From contig OZ024749.1 in NCBI GenBank assembly GCA_964016885.1, forward strand, positions 46,376,001 to 46,440,000: a stretch of 64,000 nt of DNA, written 5' to 3'. Positions 56,038 to 64,000 of this stretch are shown in pieces; within the stretch, counting starts at the first letter, position 1, and the number at the start of each line of letters is the position of its first letter. The position numbers and the translations under genes were made by a program. Source of the DNA: Eledone cirrhosa. Its lineage: Eukaryota. The notes under the pieces are model-generated. The model had not been told where the DNA came from. It saw nothing but the letters and a program-made list of their open reading frames with translations, and did not search any database.

Positions 56038-56041
<4 letters not shown>
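55838..56041 (-). mobile_element. Family B palindromic Penelope-like element with a hammerhead on each strand
   Basis: Perfect 68-bp inverted arms (55905-55972 / 55974-56041) plus a 67-bp tail, in (TA)n. Reads gagattc-CTGATGA-tttctaaagaat-GAAA-CAG ttctagtc CTG-TA-gaatctc. Confidence 0.8.
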
Positions 56042-56108
<67 letters not shown>

Positions 56109-56169
56109 TGTATTTATATATATGTATTGATATATACATATATATATATATCACATATATATATTACAA

Positions 56170-56360
56170 GGGTGGTGGATTGGCAGTATCGGTAGAAGGT
56201 CGGACGTCATGCTTTGACGCATAGAGTTACGGTCCTTTCCATTCTGAGTTCAAATCCTGCCGAGGTCAACTTTGCCTTTCATCCTTACGGGGTCGATAAA
56301 ATAAAGTACCAGTAATGTACTGGGTAATTGCTGGCCTTGTGCCAAAAGTAGAAACAATTA
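56170..56360 (+). mobile_element. Major-family SINE, full length
   Basis: gggtggtggattggcagtatcggtaga...ggccttgtgccaaaagtagaaacaatta. Confidence 0.9.
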
Positions 56361-56389
56361 TACATACATAAATGCATATAAATGTTGTT

Positions 56390-56420
<31 letters not shown>

Positions 56421-56514
56421 TAAATAACAGATTAAAGTTTAAGCAAAGAATCGCTGCTTTCACCCTTACTTTATATATTACTATATATATATATATATAT
56501 GTGTATCTATTTGT

Positions 56515-56589
<75 letters not shown>

Positions 56590-56602
56590 TGTATCTATTT
56601 GT

Positions 56603-56647
<45 letters not shown>

Positions 56648-56836
56648 CAGAGAGAAAGCGGAGGGGAGAGAGGAATCAGCAATTAAACTAATTTATTTAC
56701 ATTATAATTAACAATTGTTTTCTTTGTTAACAATTTGTACAATTAGTGTAGATGTATAAGTCAAAAACTTGTTTAACCCATTAACTGGTTACATTGATGA
56801 CCATATATAATTGAAGCCTCGCCGTTCAATCTTTAA

Positions 56837-57057
56837 CCTTTTATCATTTAAACCGGCCATATCTGGCCAGAATTCTTTCACTTTTTCCTGTTTAAACCGG
56901 CTGTAACCGGCCACTCATACCAATGTTAAGGTATTGTTATCAAAATAAATAACATCAAAATCTCATAGATTCGAAATTATATGAGATAAATACGTGAGGG
57001 GAAGCCTTTACTATGAAAATAACATAGTAAATGTAGAGTAATGTAAATGCTAAAGTG
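56837..57057. mobile_element. piggyBac-like MITE (copy 3)
   Basis: TTAA|ccttttatcattta ... taaatgctaaagtg|TTAA; internal sequence matches copy 1. Confidence 0.8.
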
Positions 57058-58059
57058 TTAAAGAGATATAAAAAAAAACTATTATCCTGTATCTGTTCTA
57101 CGTTTTAATTTTTTACAAAATATGAGTGAGATAAGTATTAGATTTAGCTGATATTTCTATTTGCCAAATACTACATAGAGGCGTACTTCCAGATCTGCCA
57201 CCCTCTAAACAACCAAATGTGAAGTACCATGAAAAAAAGTTGTCCCCAATCGAGGAAAAATGAAGCAAAATGGGATGATTTTGCATAGTGAAATTTATTC
57301 CCATTTTCACAAGAGAAGACATCTCCCACCCTCCCCAAAGTGGGAGTGAGATATACTCGTTAGACCGGGAGCGTTGGCACGTCTGCACTTGTGACCTTTG
57401 GCTTCTCAGTATTGAAGAACCAGGTTCAGAATATCGTAGCAAGCCGATACTGCGTTCCACTTTTTCATGTCCTACCTAAAGAAATGTACGCTTTTACGAC
57501 AGTTACTCGTGTGTGACATCAATACGATTTGACTGCTATTTCTTGAAGTCTGTGTATCACATAGTGACGTGTTTATTAATTTCACCTTACCTTCTAGTAG
57601 TATGAATGAACCATCTTTTAAATGAAGCAGCGACGCGACATTGTACTCCAAGTCGACATTCTACCTAATTATACCTTCATAATATCGTTATAAGTAAGAT
57701 AATTAAAGGAATTCTCCACCCAAAAAACAAAAAAACAAAAATCACAAGACAATAATAAATATATAAATAAAAATATAAATGAATAAATAAATAATTAAAC
57801 CAACGAAAACTCAAACAAAACAAACACTACGCTAATGACATAGAAAACATACACAACAAACAAAAATAATCTAATATAATAAGATAGACGAAAATAAAAG
57901 AAGAAATAGAAAGAAAAAAAACTAATTATAGGTAAGTCAAGGAAAAATAGTCAAAGAAAAACAAGAAAATAGCACGTATAATTGAGCAAATTGGAGTCAG
58001 TTAAATGTCGCTTTCTTAAAATTTACTTAGCTGTGTCTGCTTATATATCAGTCTCAATA

Positions 58060-58786
58060 CTGATGTGTTTCGTTATATTATTGTGGGTTTGTGTGTTACT
58101 GTATGTGTTGGGCTGTGTGTTGGTGTATGTGTGTGTTTGTGTGTGTGTGTGTTTCGTTATATTATTGTGGGTTTGTGTGTTACAGTATGTATTGGGCTGT
58201 GTGTTGGTGTGTGTGTGTGTTTGTGTGTGTGTGTCACATTCTATTATTCTGGGTTCTGTGTGTTAGTATGTGTTGGTCTGTGTGTTTGTATGTGTGCGTG
58301 TGTGTGTACGTGTGTGTGTGAGTGTATGTGTGTGAGGTTGTGATTCACAGTTTTAATATAGGATAGTGTTTGAGTATGTGTTCGTTTGTGTGTGTGTGTG
58401 TTCGTTTGTGTGTGCGTGCGTGTGTGTGTGTTCGTTTGTGTGTGTGTGTTTTTTCGTTTATGTGTGTGCGTGTGTATGTGTGTGTGTTTCAAAATGTGTG
58501 ATTCACAGTTTTAGTGTAGGATTGTGTTTGAGTACGTCTTCATTTGTGTGTTTGTGTATTTGTGTGTTTGTGTGTTGGTTTGTCTGTGTGTCTTTGTATG
58601 TGTGTGCGTTCGTTTGAGTGTGTATTTCACTGTTTTAATGTAGGTCTTTGTCTGAACATGTGTTCGTATGTGTTGTCTGTGTGTTTGTGTGTGTAGCTGT
58701 TTGTGTGCGTGCGTGTATGTTTATTTGACTGCATTATTGAAGTTTTGTGTTTTGAGTATATGTTGGTTAGTGAGAGTGAGTATTTT

Positions 58787-58817
<31 letters not shown>

Positions 58818-58965
58818 TGAGTGAGTGAGATAGTGTTTATGAGAGATTGTTTAAGAGTTAGTATGTGTGTGCGTATGTCTAGCGTCTTTGTGTGTGTGTG
58901 TGTGTGTGCGTGTGTTTGTGTGTGTGTGTCTGTGTGTGAGTGTGTGAGTGTGTGTGTCTGTATGC
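58060..58965. repeat. Degenerate (GT)n-rich tract with internal duplications of about 90 bp
   Basis: gtgtttcgttatattattgtgggtttgtgtgttac repeated; GT-rich throughout. Confidence 0.9.
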
Positions 58966-59221
58966 ATCTCTATGGATGTGTTTCGGTGTCGATTTTTTGT
59001 TATTTTTGGTTGATGTACTAATTATCTCCCTTGAGTATTATTCACATTCCGAATCTCTTAAAGAGATTACAATGCGACTAATACAAAGAATGTGTGCGCA
59101 TATAGGCAAGCTAAGACAAAAACCATACATACACACCTACACACGCACACACACACACACACACATTTATAACCCACATATATACATACATAAATACACA
59201 TATATGCATATATATATATTA

Positions 59222-59411
59222 AGGAACGATCGACTTTCGTCAAATCGGACCGAGGGAACAATGTTTCCGTTGGTCTTTCCAATTGCTAATACTATCTATC
59301 GGTCGCAACTCCAGGTAGAAGGAGCAACGTGAAATAAAGTGTCTTGCTCAAGGACATAACGCATCGCCTGGTCCAGAATCCAATTCTCTAACCAGTCAGC
59401 CACACGCCTTC

Positions 59412-59413
<2 letters not shown>
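59222..59413 (-). mobile_element. CORE-type SINE, internally deleted
   Basis: Reverse complement reads gtgaaggcgtgtggct...tgtccttgagcaagacactttatttcacgttgctcc, matching 11162-11280. Confidence 0.75.
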
Positions 59414-59478
<65 letters not shown>

Positions 59479-59479
59479 A

Positions 59480-59556
<77 letters not shown>

Positions 59557-59565
59557 TATACATAT

Positions 59566-59644
<79 letters not shown>

Positions 59645-59649
59645 CACAT

Positions 59650-59730
<81 letters not shown>

Positions 59731-60043
59731 AAAGGGTGATAAATTATGTTGCAAACTCTTAACTCACAACACAAAGACACAAAGTCTGAAATAATACAGC
59801 AACTCATCCCCGCCATCTCTTATTCAATCACCCCAGTCTATACATTAAAAAAAGACCCTTAGACTGGCACTTTATTTTATTTACACAAGAAGGACGAATG
59901 AAACAGTTAGCTTCGGCTGTATTGGAACTCAGAGACCAAATACCACAAGGCAGCGAATACTCCGCTCTATCGTGTCTGCCCATTCGAAAAATGTAATATT
60001 TCTTTATTGTTTACCGTTACCACAGATCCATCTTTGCTGTATG

Positions 60044-60079
60044 TAACCCTAACCCTAACCCTAACCCTAACCCTAACCC
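60044..60079 (-). repeat. Interstitial telomeric repeat (TTAGGG)6
   Basis: Six perfect taaccc units. Confidence 0.9.
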
Positions 60080-60154
60080 TTATTAGTTTTTTGCAAATCT
60101 CTCTTACATCACATACTAATCATTTACATATTACAGGAAACATTATTTAAAGTA

Positions 60155-61155
60155 GAGGCGGTGGATTGGCAGTATCGGTAGAGGGTCGGACGCCATGCTT
60201 TCCAGCATAGTTATGTCCCTTTACGGTCTGAGTTCAAATCCCGCCGAGGTTAACTTTGCCTTTCATCCTTAAGGGGTCGATAAAATAAAGTACCAATAAT
60301 GTACTAGGTTATTGATGGCCTTGTGCCAAAAGTAGAAACAATTATTTAAAGTAGAGACGGGGTTGGATTGACAGTTTCAGTAGAGCCTCATACACCATGC
60401 TTTGCAGCTTAGTGTTATGGCAATTTACGTTCTGAGTTCACATCGAGGATAGCTTTGCCTTTGATTCTGACGGGGTCGATGAAATAAAGCACCAGTAATG
60501 CACTGAGGTCGATTTAATCGACTTTCTCCTCCACTCAAATTTCTGTCCTTGTGCCTATAGTAGAATTCATTAATTTAAGTAGTTTCAGGATGGTGAATTG
60601 GCAGAATTAGTAGAGCGTCGAATAACATGATTTGCGGCTCTCTGGTGAATACTTTGGTTTTACCTTCGTTGGTACAGATATACTAACAAGTGCAGCAACG
60701 CATTATTACAGCGACAAAGTGTTAAGGCTCTTTCCTTTCTGAGTTCAAATGCCGCCTGCCATCCTTACGTACCAGTAATGCACTGGTTAAAAAATGCCTT
60801 ATGAATGATATTGGTTAGACAGAAACAGTTTGGAGTCCCATCTGATGGACGGGACCAACGTCAAAACATCGTGCAGAATCTTCTCCAGGATTATGTAAAT
60901 GTTACATATTACCATAGAACACTCAGCCAGTTACTATAAGTAGATTGGCAGTATCGGTAGAGCGTCGGACAACATACTTTGTGGCATGGAGTTACGGCCC
61001 TTTACTTTCTGAAGTCAAATACCGCCGAAGTTAGATTTGCCTTTCACCTTTAAGAGGTTCATAAAATAAAGCACCAGTAATGCACTGGGATCGATTTAAT
61101 TGACATTCCCTATCAAATAATTCTTGGCCTTGTGCATAAATCAGGAGACATTATT
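60155..61155 (+). mobile_element. Cluster of four co-oriented major-family SINEs of different ages
   Basis: Copies at about 60155-60343 (TSD attatttaaagtagag), 60357-60570, 60590-60787 (decayed) and 60943-61155. Confidence 0.85.
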
Positions 61156-61387
61156 AGCTTATTTCATTTTATAAACTGGCTGTTTAGTTGATCGACAAAC
61201 TGGAATGCTCTTCATTGAAATCGACGTAGGTCCATTCCCATTTCTTTCAATTACATATATAGACAGAACGAAATAAGCACACAGTTTGTTGCAATGTAAG
61301 GCTGAATGGCGTATAAGACAGACATTCGTTGCCGGATATCTGTCAGTATCTCCGTTGTTATTTTCCAATATCGGATTGATTTTCTGT

Positions 61388-61441
<54 letters not shown>

Positions 61442-61544
61442 CTAAAAATATATATATTTATAAATATAATTTATACTTAAGTCTAAGCGTTAGTTCTTTA
61501 GTAGAGGAGTTTGTGATAAACATTAAATAATAAGAATAATAATA

Positions 61545-61583
<39 letters not shown>

Positions 61584-61782
61584 TTGTGTGTGTGTGTGTA
61601 TAGATTTTTTGAGTTTTCATATTATACATATATAATGTATACATCAGCACACACACAAACATGTGTGTTTGTGTGCGTGTGTGTATGGCAGTATAACATT
61701 TTGTATTTATAAATACAACCTATAAGCTGATAATTGTTTCAACTCTTATTATACACACACCCACACATAAATAAATAAATAA

Positions 61783-61827
<45 letters not shown>

Positions 61828-61831
<4 letters not shown>

Positions 61832-61998
61832 AAAATGTATGACCCCGACGGCAGAGCTCAAGCCGTTTCGACGGCTATTTCTGGACGCTAGTATTGAATA
61901 CTCTGGTGCGGTCGGGTCCATCTGGTTCCTTACTACAACTCCTTTGTTATATATATATATATATATATATATAACGAAGGAGTTGTGGTAAGGAACCA
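61828..61998 (+). mobile_element. Deleted family A element plus inverted tail fragment
   Basis: Arm and tail sequence at 61828-61949; mirrored tail piece at 61972-61998. Confidence 0.7.
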
Positions 61999-62001
61999 TA
62001 T

Positions 62002-62036
<35 letters not shown>

Positions 62037-62554
62037 TTATTTATTTATTTATTTATTTATGTGTGGGTGTGTGTATAATAAGAGTTAAAACAATTATCAG
62101 CTTATAGGTTGTATTTATAAATACAAAATGTTATACTGCCAAACACACACACAAACACACACACACCTGTTTGTCTCTATTACTCTCTTTATTTTCTTTT
62201 TCTTTTGTATTTTACCTGGACTACCTTTTATCTTCTGTATCTATCCTTGGTGATCCTGTCTTTACTTTGGTATTCCCGAAGAAGGGCTAAATCCCAACAC
62301 GTCGAACTTTCTTTCCTCTTTTCATTGTAAAGCGTGAAACTAATACTTTTGTACCTCTGTTGGTTGGTTGTTTCCTTGAACTACAAACAAACACATATAT
62401 ATGTCTGTAAACCGTATTTCCCGGCGCTAAAGACGCACCCTAATTTTGAGAACCCAAAATTTGAAAAAAATAATAAACAACCTTCGGCCTAAAGGACGCA
62501 TGGTAGAATTTTGAGAGTTATTTTAGGAAGAAAAAAAAAAAAAAAAAATATATA

Positions 62555-62648
<94 letters not shown>

Positions 62649-62656
62649 GGGAGAGA

Positions 62657-62778
62657 GGAAAAGAGTTAGGACCCCGACGGCTGAGCTCCGGCCGTTTCGA
62701 CAGCTATATCTGAACTAAATATCGAGCAATCTGGTGTGCTATGGTCCACCTTGTTCCTTACCACACTTCCTTCGTTAT
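62657..62778 (+). mobile_element. Internally deleted family A element
   Basis: ggaaaagagttaggaccccgacggctgagctccggccgtttcgac...ccacacttccttcgtta. Confidence 0.75.
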
Positions 62779-62815
62779 ATATATATATAGGGGAGAGAGA
62801 GAGAGAGAGCGAGAG

Positions 62816-62857
<42 letters not shown>

Positions 62858-63202
62858 CACTTGTGATTTGACTTTATAGGAAATGATAACAAAACGTGTG
62901 ATAAATTCTGTAGATGTAAGGGAGGTTACTGCTATTGCTTTAACAACGTTAAAGAAAATTCTGTAATTAATAGTATAGTGTGTTATGATACCTTTAATAA
63001 GGAATGAAAACAAAAATATATATCTTCGTCACCATGGATACCTAAGTAAATAGACCAATAAGAAATTGAATCAAAATAAAGAAAGTAATAAGTAAATAAA
63101 GAAATACATTAAATGAAATAAAGAAAGAATCAAATAAACAGGGAAAATGTTTCTAATTTTGTTCATAGGCTTTATATAAAAGTGTGTGTATATAAATACA
63201 TA

Positions 63203-63308
<106 letters not shown>

Positions 63309-63444
63309 CATACACACATATATATACATACTACTATATATTGTATCTATGTAGATATAACTATATATATATATATATGTATATATGTAGATGTAGATGT
63401 ATATATATATATATACAGCAATATATACACATATATACATGCAG

Positions 63445-63492
<48 letters not shown>

Positions 63493-63530
63493 ATAAATAA
63501 CAACATAATACATTTCATGATCTTATTGAT

Positions 63531-63633
63531 AGAAGAAGAAGAAGAAGAAGAAGAAGAAGAAGAAGAAGAAGAAGAAGAAGAAGAAAACATTGATGCTGTT
63601 GATGACGATGTTGATGATGATGAAGGGGATGCT

Positions 63634-63664
<31 letters not shown>

Positions 63665-63812
63665 ATTGTGATGGAGTTGTTGATAAGGATATTGATGATG
63701 GTCGTGATGAGAACGATGACGATAACGATGACGATGACGCTGAGGATGACGACGATAATGATGATGAAGATGGTGATGTTGATGATAGTGATTGTAATGA
63801 TTGTGGTAAGCA
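63531..63812. repeat. (GAA)n followed by degenerate (GAT)n
   Basis: Directly visible; explains the poly-E/D ORF. Confidence 0.9.
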
Positions 63813-64000
63813 TTATAATGATTAGCACAAATATCATCCTGCGGACATTTTCATCACTCCATTAACACCACATTCATCTGGACCGTCACCAATATCTTGT
63901 CTTTCGTTGTCACTAAGCCACATTACCAACATTTGTCTCTATAGCCCTACCCCGCCTCCACCAACAACACCACTGTCAACCCACGATTCGACACTGCCAC

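Noticed and set aside
63397-63865. Acidic poly-E/D and poly-M ORFs
   Set aside because: (GAA)n/(GAT)n microsatellite decay with no exon signals.

Overview
AT-rich, microsatellite-saturated animal genomic DNA. The SINE/LINE complement and TTAGGG repeat suggest a mollusc, probably an octopus-like cephalopod (inference). Nearly all ORFs in the track are microsatellite noise. Manual exon reconstruction gives a complete 9-exon sialate O-acetylesterase (SIAE) gene on the minus strand (38068->3198, about 504 aa, all GT-AG phases consistent). It also gives the first coding exon of an MPDU1-like gene (772->676) and an intron-containing tRNA-Tyr(GTA) pseudogene. Conventional repeats include many tRNA-derived SINEs, 3' remnants of RTE, R4/Dong and CRE-type LINEs, and several MITE families. 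The most striking feature is a set of at least six unrelated short element families, mostly sitting in (TA)n tracts, with a Penelope-like 'inverted repeat + unpaired 3' tail' architecture. Together they carry about a dozen type I hammerhead ribozyme motifs, including U3-A8 core variants, long stem II variants and in-window stem I covariation. All calls were made by eye; no alignments or folding programs were run.
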